A DNA stretch of 64,000 nt from a virus (Duplodnaviria > Caudoviricetes). Both the position numbers and the translations under genes were made by a program. Shown here piece after piece: positions 50,175 through 59,262 of the stretch. Within the stretch, counting starts at the first letter, position 1. Each line of letters starts with the position of its first letter. The notes under the pieces were generated by a model. The model was not told the origin of the DNA. It made no database searches and saw only the letters and a list, made by a program, of their open reading frames with translations. The stretch covers positions 14,591 through 78,590 of the IMG/VR virus record IMGVR_UViG_2802429351_000001. One strand, 5' to 3'.

Positions 50175-50492
50175 AATATATTTGTTTGATAACTAATAGT
50201 ATACAAAAGAAATGGGATACCCGTCCATTGGTACCCCATCTTTTTCAATACTAATCAAAGTTTGTTAGCTATAAGACAACTTCATTTATTAATAGTATAT
50301 TCCTTTAGGTCACTCACAGTGACCAGTGATAACTTTGATATTAAGGATATAATGATAAATTGTTAGATTAACATATTGATGGGTCTAGTGATATAAACCA
50401 GATATAGTATACCACAGGTACTATTTTAAATTGCTTACAATATTTAAGCTATTGTTGGGAATTTAAAATAACCCTCTAATACCTTTAACCTT

Positions 50493-51200
50493 ATGACAAA
50501 AATTAATACATACCTTTTGGTGATAATAGGTATATTATTATTAATATTATCTTTCGAAACCTGTAATAGGGAAAAGGCAACCCCAGAAAATATTTATAAT
50601 ACCTACCAAACAGATACATCTTATATTGATGAAAAATATTCTGGTATAGAAAAAAGGATTGATAAGATTATAAAAGACCTTAAAAAAACACCTCCTAAAG
50701 AAATATATTACTATCAAACACCAAACCCAGAAAAAGTGGTAATTGAAAAAATACCAGACTCATTATTAGTATACATAGATAGTTTAGAAAACCTGGTAAA
50801 AATATCAGATAAATATATTAAGAATTATCCAACAGCAGATAAATTAATAGATTTTGAACTTAATAAAAACCTATTAGATATAACATCATTAAATATTGAA
50901 GGTAATACCAAAAGGCAGAAATACCCTTTGGATTTAAATAAATTTAATTATTACTGGTACAATAATACCTTGAATTATGAGATCAGAGACAAACCTTATG
51001 TGGAGCCTACTAAAAATATATGGAATCAGTTATATATTAATGGTGGCTTTGACCTATTAAATCAGGCTCCTAAAGCTGGTTTAGATTATTCATTACGTCT
51101 TAAAAGGTTTAGAATCCAAACTGAAGCTTCAACACTATTTTTACCAACCGGTGCTAAATTATATGGTGAAGTAACATTAGGGTACAGACTATTAAGATAA
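50493..51200 (+). CDS. Membrane-anchored protein (possible spanin/lysis accessory)
   Basis: N-terminal TM helix, coiled/periplasmic body, beta-rich C-terminus; first gene of the late operon. Confidence 0.35.
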   Translation: MTKINTYLLVIIGILLLILSFETCNREKATPENIYNTYQTDTSYIDEKYSGIEKRIDKIIKDLKKTPPKEIYYYQTPNPEKVVIEKIPDSLLVYIDSLENLVKISDKYIKNYPTADKLIDFELNKNLLDITSLNIEGNTKRQKYPLDLNKFNYYWYNNTLNYEIRDKPYVEPTKNIWNQLYINGGFDLLNQAPKAGLDYSLRLKRFRIQTEASTLFLPTGAKLYGEVTLGYRLLR

Positions 51201-51211
51201 AAGGGATATAA

Positions 51212-52714
51212 ATGGCTAAGAAAGTAGAAGATAATCTAGATAGGCCTTTAACAACTAAAGAATTTGAGGAATTAAGAAAGGCTAAAATAGATCCTTTCTT
51301 TTTTTCTTTGTTTATATACGTTATACACCCGTTAAAGGGTAAGGTTAAATTCTTACTCTATGAATACCAAAAAAGGGTACTATACCACTTCTTAAACGAT
51401 CAATTCAATATAATCCTTAAGTTCAGACAAGCTGGGATTACAGAGTTGATATCCATGTACTGTTTATGGTTAGCAATGTTCCACCCTAATAAGAACATTG
51501 TAATTATATCAATTAAGGATAGGGTAGCTAAAAAGGTACTAAGGAAGATTAAGTACATGTACAAAAACCTACCAGATCACCTTAAAATTCCGGTAGTAAA
51601 TGGGCGTACTGGTGAATATGGTACAGCTACAGATATGGAATTTTCCAATGGTTCCATAATATCATCAGTACCTACTACAGAAGACGCCGGTCGTTCAGAA
51701 GCTGTAACATTATTAGTAATTGATGAAGCTGCAATAGTTAGATGGGCTAACCAAATATGGGCAGCGGCTTTTCCTACTTTATCAACGGGGGGTTCAGCTA
51801 TAGTAAATTCTACCCCATATGGTATTGGTAATTGGTATCATAGCCAATGGGTAGATGCAGTGGCTAATGGTAATAATTTTAATGCTATACGTTTAAAATG
51901 GCATATGCATCCCGAAAGGGATATTAATTGGTATACTAAGATGGCTAATTCCTTGGGTAAACGTAGAACAGCCCAGGAAATAGATGGTGACTTTTTAAGT
52001 TCTGGATTTAATGTATTTGATTTAGATGATATTAAGGCTATTGAGGATTTATTAATTGAGCAAAGGGTAGTAGAGACAAGATTCAATGGTCAACTTAAAA
52101 TATTTGAGAAGGCTAAGAAAGGTACATACTATTATATTGGGGCCGATATAGCTACGGGGAGATCACAAGATTACTCAGCCTTTAGTATAATGGATAGATT
52201 CGGTGATGAAGTAGCTTGTTTTAAAGGTAAAATATCTGTTGATAGATTTGCTGACCTCCTGGTTGAAATGGGTAAAAAATATAATAATGCTATTTTAGCC
52301 CCAGAAGGAAATGATATAGGTTTAGCTGTAATTAGTTTAATACAAAAACAAAATTATAAAAACCTTTACTATAGTACTAAGATTTTAAGGAAAAAAGGAA
52401 AGAAAAGACCTGAAACTGAAGAAATACCAGGTTGGTTAACCACTAGTAAAAATAGGCCAGTGATTATAGATGAACTTGAACAGGATATAAGGAATGAGGA
52501 TGTTTATATAAAAGACCCATATTTTGTTCAAGAAGCCTACACCTTTATTTATGATGCATCAAATAGGCCTGTTGCTTTAGGTAAGGGTAGGAAAGGAAAA
52601 GGTGATGAAGACCCAGATGCACAAGTTTTCCATGATGATTCTATTATGGCTAAGGCTATAACCAACTTTATTAGAAAAGGTAAACATAAATCAATAATGG
52701 TAGCACCACAATAA
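51212..52714 (+). CDS. terL: Terminase large subunit
   Basis: LKFRQAGITE Walker A, LLVIDEAA Walker B, STPYG, nuclease GADIATGRSQDYS, DDSIMA. Confidence 0.93.
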   Translation: MAKKVEDNLDRPLTTKEFEELRKAKIDPFFFSLFIYVIHPLKGKVKFLLYEYQKRVLYHFLNDQFNIILKFRQAGITELISMYCLWLAMFHPNKNIVIISIKDRVAKKVLRKIKYMYKNLPDHLKIPVVNGRTGEYGTATDMEFSNGSIISSVPTTEDAGRSEAVTLLVIDEAAIVRWANQIWAAAFPTLSTGGSAIVNSTPYGIGNWYHSQWVDAVANGNNFNAIRLKWHMHPERDINWYTKMANSLGKRRTAQEIDGDFLSSGFNVFDLDDIKAIEDLLIEQRVVETRFNGQLKIFEKAKKGTYYYIGADIATGRSQDYSAFSIMDRFGDEVACFKGKISVDRFADLLVEMGKKYNNAILAPEGNDIGLAVISLIQKQNYKNLYYSTKILRKKGKKRPETEEIPGWLTTSKNRPVIIDELEQDIRNEDVYIKDPYFVQEAYTFIYDASNRPVALGKGRKGKGDEDPDAQVFHDDSIMAKAITNFIRKGKHKSIMVAPQ

Positions 52715-52715
52715 T

Positions 52716-54200
52716 ATGAAATTCAATTTATTTGGGAGTAAATTAAGAACACCCCGGGAAAAACCAATACCATCTAAGAGTAAACCAGAAGATGCTACTA
52801 AGGATAATACTAAAGTAGCACCACCTGGTAGGATATCATCACCTAATGATGGTACTGATTTTAATAATATTTTTTATCAATTTAAAAATAAGAAAATATT
52901 AAGCCCTTTAAAGTACTTAGAATTAGTACCACATATAAGGTCAGCATACAAGGTCAATGAGGACCTTGGTTCTGTGTTATTTGATTTAGTTCAATTAACA
53001 AATACTGGCCATAAAATATCTTTCGACCAGGATGTCAACCCAAAGTTAGCAGACAAGATGCGTGACCATTTAAAAGCAAGGTCAAAAGAATGGGGTTATG
53101 GCACAGCCGGTATGGAAGGTATTATAAATAAATGGATAGCCCAAATATGGGTAGGTGGAGCTTTATCATTTGAATCAGCACCTGACAGAAGATTAACAAA
53201 GGTTGAATCAGTTTTTATGGTTAACCCAGAAACTATCAGGTTTGGGCGTAATAATAAAGGTCAATATGAAACCTACCAAAAAGTAAATGGTTGGAAAAAA
53301 CCAGGTGATGAATTAATTAAACTAAACACTAACACCTTTACCTATGTTGGTTTATGGGGCGATGAGGATTTACCATATGGAATACCCCCTTTAATTACTG
53401 CTTTAAGTTCTTTAGCAACTCAAGCTGACATGAAAACTAATATAAACCATATATTAAAACAATTAGGTTTATTGGGTTACTTAGAAGTTATGTTAGATAA
53501 ACCTGACCAATTAGCTAATGAAAGTGAAAGTAAATATAAAGATAGATTAAATGGGTTATTAATTGAGGCTAAGAAAAATACCAAAGCAGGTTTCTTGGAT
53601 GGTGTAGTAGTTGGTTACCGAGAAGATCATGAATTTAACTTTAACTCAACTACTAAAAATCTTGCAGGTGTAAATGATGTATTCAACCTTAATGAAAATC
53701 AATTAGCTAATGGTTTGAAAAGTCCAGCTGCATTCCTAGGTTTAGACCAAAAAGGTGGTGAAGGCCAACTAGGTATAGTATTTACCAAAATGTTATCCCA
53801 ATTAAAAAATGTACAACAAATATTATCATTTGGGTTAGCCAGGTTATACCAATTAGAACTTGATCTAGCGGGTTATAATTATAATGGTAATATTATGGTA
53901 GAGTTTAAAACTTCTACTATATCTGATGATCTTAAACTATGGCAGGGTAGGGAAATTAAACAAAGGGTATTACATGCTTTATGGGTTGACCGTATTATTT
54001 CATCTGAGAAATATGCTGAAGAGATGGATCAACAAAAACCCCATAAAGTTATTGAGCCACCAGAACCTGGTCAAACTGCAGGAGCTGATTCTGTTAAAAA
54101 AGAAGAAAGGGAAAAGAAAAAAGATGAATCAGATAGAAGATCAAGGGATAAATCAAACCCACAACCAAAAAGAAAAGATAGATCAACTAAAACCCGTTAA
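52716..54200 (+). CDS. Portal protein
   Basis: 494 aa after TerL; YGIPPLITAL, helical profile, charged C-terminal tail. Confidence 0.8.
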   Translation: MKFNLFGSKLRTPREKPIPSKSKPEDATKDNTKVAPPGRISSPNDGTDFNNIFYQFKNKKILSPLKYLELVPHIRSAYKVNEDLGSVLFDLVQLTNTGHKISFDQDVNPKLADKMRDHLKARSKEWGYGTAGMEGIINKWIAQIWVGGALSFESAPDRRLTKVESVFMVNPETIRFGRNNKGQYETYQKVNGWKKPGDELIKLNTNTFTYVGLWGDEDLPYGIPPLITALSSLATQADMKTNINHILKQLGLLGYLEVMLDKPDQLANESESKYKDRLNGLLIEAKKNTKAGFLDGVVVGYREDHEFNFNSTTKNLAGVNDVFNLNENQLANGLKSPAAFLGLDQKGGEGQLGIVFTKMLSQLKNVQQILSFGLARLYQLELDLAGYNYNGNIMVEFKTSTISDDLKLWQGREIKQRVLHALWVDRIISSEKYAEEMDQQKPHKVIEPPEPGQTAGADSVKKEEREKKKDESDRRSRDKSNPQPKRKDRSTKTR

Positions 54201-54202
54201 AT

Positions 54203-55702
54203 ATGAAAATAGATAAACAAAATTTAACTGGGGAAATAACCCTTAATGCTGGGCATTCAATAATAGTGGGGCATAAACCTATTGATGTACCTACAGAAAG
54301 CTTTAAAGAAAGGATAGAAAATAAACCAAATATAGATATACTTAGTTTTGGTTTATTTGAAACGGCTAGTCCTAATTATACTACCTATTATCCTGAAGTT
54401 ACTGCTGATGATTTAGACCCAAAAGAAGAGGAATTTATTTACCCAATATTTAGAATGCTTTCTGAAACAATAGTTTCTAAGGGTGCTCCAATTGATTTTT
54501 CAAAGAAAAATGTACTAAAGAAATCAATGGGTATGTTATTAGGTCAAACTATAAATATTGATCATGAGTTTGCAGTTGGTAATGCTATTGGTGCAGTAAA
54601 AGAAGTATTTTGGCAAAAATCTTATAAAGATGGTGATATAGTAGTACCTGCTGGGATAAATGCTGTAATGATGATAGATGGTAAATCTAATCCCCGTATA
54701 GCTAGGGGTATAAACATGAATCCACCTTCTATTCATTCTAATAGCGTAACTGTTAGATTCAAATGGGAACCCTCACATGAATTTGAGGATCAAAATGAAT
54801 TTTATTGGAAAGTTGGTACTTACGATGAGGATGGTAAATTAATAAGATTGATAGTAACAGAAATAACCTCATACCATGAAACTTCTTTGGTATCACATGG
54901 GGCTGATGCCTTTGCCCAAAAAATTGGTGAAGATGGTAAGATAGTAAACCCCAAATATGCTAGTAAAGTATATAGCTTTGCTGTTGATAAACCTATAACA
55001 GGTATATTCCAATTAGATTATAAAAGCCAAAACTTAAATTTCATGGCTGATTCAATACCTGATAGTATTAATAATAACCATAATAAAAACAATAACCTTG
55101 AAAATATGGATAAAATCTTAGATGAGTTAAACTCACAGTTTGGTTTTGAAGGTGACAAAAAACTTACCAAAGAAAATTTGGTATCTTCTTTAAAAACCAA
55201 TTTTGACACTGTACAGGGCCAAAAAGATAAATTGGAAACCGAGGTACAAACACTTAAGGATGAAAAAGCTGATTTACAAAATAGCTTAGATGATTCTGAA
55301 AAAGAAGTTGAAAAACTTAAGGGTTATAAAGATCAGTCAGATAAAATTGACAAGCTTACTTCAGATGTAAGAGCAGAAGCACTTAAACATTATAAATTAG
55401 CTAAAGGTAAAGATGCAGATGAGGGTATCATTAACCTTATTAATACTGCTAACCTAGAAACTGCTAAATCATTACTTAATGATTACAGTAAAGAAAGTGA
55501 TTCTAAATTTGCGGCTACATGTAACAAATGCGGTTCAGATGACGTAAGCCGGGCATCAGCTAAGACTACATCAAATACTGGTGGTGATGAAGGTGATGAT
55601 ACACCTGTATCTGGTGGTAAGGATTCTGAAGTTAAGAAATCTCTTACCATGAAAAAAAGAAGAAAAAGCCGATTTTATTTAGGTGAATCTGATAATAATT
55701 AA
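54203..55702 (+). CDS. Prohead protease/scaffold fusion
   Basis: INIDHE, HSNSV, ETSLVSHGAD protease-like N-half; coiled-coil C-half. Confidence 0.7.
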   Translation: MKIDKQNLTGEITLNAGHSIIVGHKPIDVPTESFKERIENKPNIDILSFGLFETASPNYTTYYPEVTADDLDPKEEEFIYPIFRMLSETIVSKGAPIDFSKKNVLKKSMGMLLGQTINIDHEFAVGNAIGAVKEVFWQKSYKDGDIVVPAGINAVMMIDGKSNPRIARGINMNPPSIHSNSVTVRFKWEPSHEFEDQNEFYWKVGTYDEDGKLIRLIVTEITSYHETSLVSHGADAFAQKIGEDGKIVNPKYASKVYSFAVDKPITGIFQLDYKSQNLNFMADSIPDSINNNHNKNNNLENMDKILDELNSQFGFEGDKKLTKENLVSSLKTNFDTVQGQKDKLETEVQTLKDEKADLQNSLDDSEKEVEKLKGYKDQSDKIDKLTSDVRAEALKHYKLAKGKDADEGIINLINTANLETAKSLLNDYSKESDSKFAATCNKCGSDDVSRASAKTTSNTGGDEGDDTPVSGGKDSEVKKSLTMKKRRKSRFYLGESDNN

Positions 55703-55728
55703 TACTAATCATAAACTAGGATATAAAG

Positions 55729-56157
55729 ATGGCATTTGATCAATTCGGGGAAACTACTAAAACCCTATTATTAAAAACTCAATCCCATAAGCTTTCACAT
55801 GCTTTTGATGTAGCAGCTGGGGCAGAAGTAAAAATTGGACAACCAGTTAAACTTAATACAACTGGTGATATTTTACCAGCAGCAGCTGGGGAATTAAGTA
55901 GAAACATCATAGGATACGCTATACAAAATGGTAAGGCTAATGATACCGTAACAATTGTTATGAAAGCACATGTTATAATCTTCGCTAAACCTAATGCTGC
56001 TTTAGCTTCCGGGCCAGTTGCATACGGTGGTACTAATGATGAAGAAGAAGCATACATGTCTTTTCAGGCTGGGGCTACAGATACTGAAGATATTGTTGGT
56101 TGGGCTTTAGATGCAGCCGGAGCTGGTGATGAGGAAATCAGAGTAGCATTATTATAA
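55729..56157 (+). CDS. Capsid decoration/cement protein
   Basis: 142 aa Gly/Ala-rich protein between scaffold and MCP. Confidence 0.65.
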   Translation: MAFDQFGETTKTLLLKTQSHKLSHAFDVAAGAEVKIGQPVKLNTTGDILPAAAGELSRNIIGYAIQNGKANDTVTIVMKAHVIIFAKPNAALASGPVAYGGTNDEEEAYMSFQAGATDTEDIVGWALDAAGAGDEEIRVALL

Positions 56158-56189
56158 AAACAAAGTATAACTATAATATAATTTAGACA

Positions 56190-57293
56190 ATGAACATTGA
56201 TAAATATTTAGAATCACAGTTCAGTGGTAAGGTTAAAGGCCTTACCAAGTTGGCTGAGAATATCAGAACTGATAAGGAATCTCCTCAAGATGTTACATTT
56301 GATGAGGTACTTAAAGAAAAATTTGATACTACATTAGAATCATTCTTGGATGATATAGGTATTGACCCAATGATAGATACTATCAGTAACATCATGTCAA
56401 CTCCTGATGATGATGTTAAATGGGTAGTACCAGAATTAATTAGGTCAGCAATAAGACTTGGTTTAAGAGATGCCCCAATTTGGCCAACTATAACTTCTTC
56501 TGAGCAAGATATCTCACAGAAATCCATTACAATGCCATATATAAATATGTCTGATGCCGCTCCTAGGAAAGTTAATGAAGGTGAAACTATCCCATTAGGG
56601 TCTATCAGTTATGGGGATAAATCAGTTAAAGCCTTCAAGATTGGTAGGGGTATTAAAATTACATACGAAGTAAGACAGTATGTTTCACTTGACGTAATTT
56701 CTATATTTTTCCAGGATTTTGGTATTAAACTAGGACAATCCCTTGATACATTGGCTATAGATGTACTTATCAATGGTGATCAAGCAGATGGGTCTGCTTC
56801 AGCTCCTGTAATTGGTGTAGGTACAGCTAATAGTAAAGAATACAAGGATTTACTTAAAGTTTGGATTAGAGCCGGTAGGTTGGGTAGAAATCTTACTACC
56901 TTGATTGGTGGGGAAGAAGCTGCCCTGGAAACACTCGATATGGATGAGTTCAAAAAGAGAGAGAGTGGTACTACTAAAGCCAACTTAAATCTTAGAACAC
57001 CAGTTCCTCGTAATGCTGATTACTTTGTACATGGTAATGTACCAGCTGATCAAGAAATTATGTTAGACCCTAGATTTGCTTTAGTAAAATATAATGTTCA
57101 ACCATTATTAATTGAATCAGATAAGATTGTATCTAACCAAACCGAGGAATTTTATGCATCATTAACTTTAGGTTTCGGTAAATTATTTAGGGATGCGGCT
57201 GTGGTATTAGATAAATCAGTAGCTTTTGCAGATAATGGTTTCCCAGCTTATATGGATAAAGACCCTTATCAAGACGTTAAAATTGAAGATTAA
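56190..57293 (+). CDS. Major capsid protein (HK97 fold)
   Basis: 367 aa; VNEGETIP, KIGRGIKITYE, LAIDVLING; followed by a terminator. Confidence 0.85.
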   Translation: MNIDKYLESQFSGKVKGLTKLAENIRTDKESPQDVTFDEVLKEKFDTTLESFLDDIGIDPMIDTISNIMSTPDDDVKWVVPELIRSAIRLGLRDAPIWPTITSSEQDISQKSITMPYINMSDAAPRKVNEGETIPLGSISYGDKSVKAFKIGRGIKITYEVRQYVSLDVISIFFQDFGIKLGQSLDTLAIDVLINGDQADGSASAPVIGVGTANSKEYKDLLKVWIRAGRLGRNLTTLIGGEEAALETLDMDEFKKRESGTTKANLNLRTPVPRNADYFVHGNVPADQEIMLDPRFALVKYNVQPLLIESDKIVSNQTEEFYASLTLGFGKLFRDAAVVLDKSVAFADNGFPAYMDKDPYQDVKIED

Positions 57294-57311
57294 TTTTATA
57301 TAGTTATACTT

Positions 57312-57350
57312 ATAAGCCATAGGAAAAATACTCTTATGGCTTATTTTGTT
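57312..57350 (+). terminator. Intrinsic terminator after MCP
   Basis: ATAAGCCATA...TATGGCTTAT-TTTG. Confidence 0.75.
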
Positions 57351-57389
57351 TAACTACTATTATCATATAACTATTTAAAAAACATTATT

Positions 57390-57839
57390 ATGGCAAACGA
57401 CAGATATTTTGCTTTAGGTAAAAAAGCTTCTTTATTTTATGACCCAAGTACGGGGTTAAAATTATTACCCGGTATGGCTGTTAAACAAACTGCTAAACTT
57501 AAGAGATCTAAAAAAATATCGGTGGCTTTAAAGGGAGGCCATTTAGAATATATCGATTCAGGTGAAAAAGAAAACTACAAAATTGTAAGTTTAGAAAATG
57601 AAACCAAAAAAGATGATTCTAAAAAAGAAAAAGAGGATGAACCAAAACCCGGGGAAGAAGGTTTTGATACCAAAGAACCTGAGGATGGTTGGGATAAAGA
57701 TTCTTTAGATAAACATTTAAAACCTCACTTATATAATCTTGCCATCCATTACGGTACAGAAGTAGAAGAGAAGGAATTAAAGAAATATTCTAAAGATGAA
57801 TTAGTAGAAGAAATCCTTGATATACTTGAAGAAGAGTAA
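57390..57839 (+). CDS. Hypothetical head-associated protein
   Basis: Position after MCP; small helical C-terminal domain. Confidence 0.55.
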   Translation: MANDRYFALGKKASLFYDPSTGLKLLPGMAVKQTAKLKRSKKISVALKGGHLEYIDSGEKENYKIVSLENETKKDDSKKEKEDEPKPGEEGFDTKEPEDGWDKDSLDKHLKPHLYNLAIHYGTEVEEKELKKYSKDELVEEILDILEEE

Positions 57840-57860
57840 TAATTAAAAAAAACCAATTCC

Positions 57861-58706
57861 ATGGCGAAACCAATAGCATACTTTGGTTATTCCAGGGAAG
57901 GTAAAACAATTACTTTCAACAACCTATCTTACAATGCTCCCACCTCATTCAGGTGGGAGTTTGGTGATGGGACACCTGGAATAAACGAAAAAAATCCAGT
58001 AAAAACATTTAATGAAGATGGTTTTTACAAAATAAGTTTAATAGCTTCTAATGATGAAGGGGATTCTGAACCCTTATCTATCGTAATAAATATTAGTGAT
58101 CAAAATACATTAGGACAACCTATAATGGAATTGATAAATAATATATTACCACCAGTTATTAGCGATGATTCTAGTAATGATTCCCGATTAAATAGTATAA
58201 ACTATTGGCAGAGTTATCTACAACCACTTGTAGAAGACCCAGTGCCAGTTAGTTTAGAAGATACACATAATGAAGCTAAGTGGCCTACATTAGTTAATAA
58301 TTTAATTGCTAATTTAGTAGCTAGAGATTTAATTTTAAAAGGTTCTATGAAATTCCTAAGTCAAATAGGTGAAGGTACACAATCTTCTAATGATGAAAAT
58401 ATTAAAGCGCAAGTAAAATCTATAGAGACTGGGCCAGGTAAAACTGAATGGTATGAAAAAGGTTCTGGTAGAGCTTTAAGTGAACAAATGAAGGATTTAG
58501 CTAATGCCTATAAAATAATGATGGGCGATGGGGGTATTTATGATGCTTTAATTAAAGACATATGTTTATTAGCTAATAGGGTAAGGATATTTTTACCAAT
58601 ATGCGAAAACCCAAACAGTATATCACCAGGATTTGTAGTAACAAAAAATAACTGTAAAACTGGGCATAATGCTAATCCTTTTGGTATAACTAAAAGAATG
58701 ATATAA
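57861..58706 (+). CDS. Head-tail adaptor-like protein with N-terminal PKD (Ig-like) domain
   Basis: FNNLS...SFRWEFGDG...NPVKTF...GFYKISLIASN PKD motif; IKSIETG in the C-terminal part. Confidence 0.6.
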   Translation: MAKPIAYFGYSREGKTITFNNLSYNAPTSFRWEFGDGTPGINEKNPVKTFNEDGFYKISLIASNDEGDSEPLSIVINISDQNTLGQPIMELINNILPPVISDDSSNDSRLNSINYWQSYLQPLVEDPVPVSLEDTHNEAKWPTLVNNLIANLVARDLILKGSMKFLSQIGEGTQSSNDENIKAQVKSIETGPGKTEWYEKGSGRALSEQMKDLANAYKIMMGDGGIYDALIKDICLLANRVRIFLPICENPNSISPGFVVTKNNCKTGHNANPFGITKRMI

Positions 58707-59260
58707 TGGGATACATGACACCAGAAGATTGGGCAGAATACCAAAAGGTTATGAATGAATGGCAAGAAGATGCCTTCCAACAAGAAATAATTTGGAAAAG
58801 AAACTATACACAAGATAGTAAGACTGGGGAAGGTAATAATATTAGGTATATGCCTATAAGTCTAAGATGTTTAGTACAATATAATTATTTTAGATCATGG
58901 CCAGTTAATCAAACAGAAGATTCTGGGGAAATTGATAAAAATTCAATAGTTATATACCTAAATATTGAATACCTTAGGAATTTAGGATATGTTAACAAGG
59001 ATAATCAATTTACATTTAATCCGGGTTATGATAGGTTTATATTAAATGGTTTAGAATATACTGCTTCTGGCGATACACATGTGGCACAAGCTTATGATAA
59101 ACCTTTATTCATGTTTATAGTTTTAAAAAGAGAGGAAATTAAAACTAGTGAAACAAAATACCCAGAAGATCAACCACAACCACAAGATTTATATGTAGAA
59201 GAATTTTATTGGTATGGGGGTTATATAGAAGAAAGTGATAACGGATATCTAGAAAATTAA
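58706..59260 (+). CDS. Head closure/stopper-like protein
   Basis: Beta-rich 184 aa ORF in neck position ([10 protein letters not shown]). Confidence 0.45.
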   Translation: MGYMTPEDWAEYQKVMNEWQEDAFQQEIIWKRNYTQDSKTGEGNNIRYMPISLRCLVQYNYFRSWPVNQTEDSGEIDKNSIVIYLNIEYLRNLGYVNKDNQFTFNPGYDRFILNGLEYTASGDTHVAQAYDKPLFMFIVLKREEIKTSETKYPEDQPQPQDLYVEEFYWYGGYIEESDNGYLEN

Positions 59261-59262
59261 TT

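Noticed and set aside
51212-52714. TerL Walker A reads KFRQAGIT, lacking the GKT lysine
   Set aside because: The KxRQxGx(T/S) deviant Walker A is a known terminase variant; not novel.
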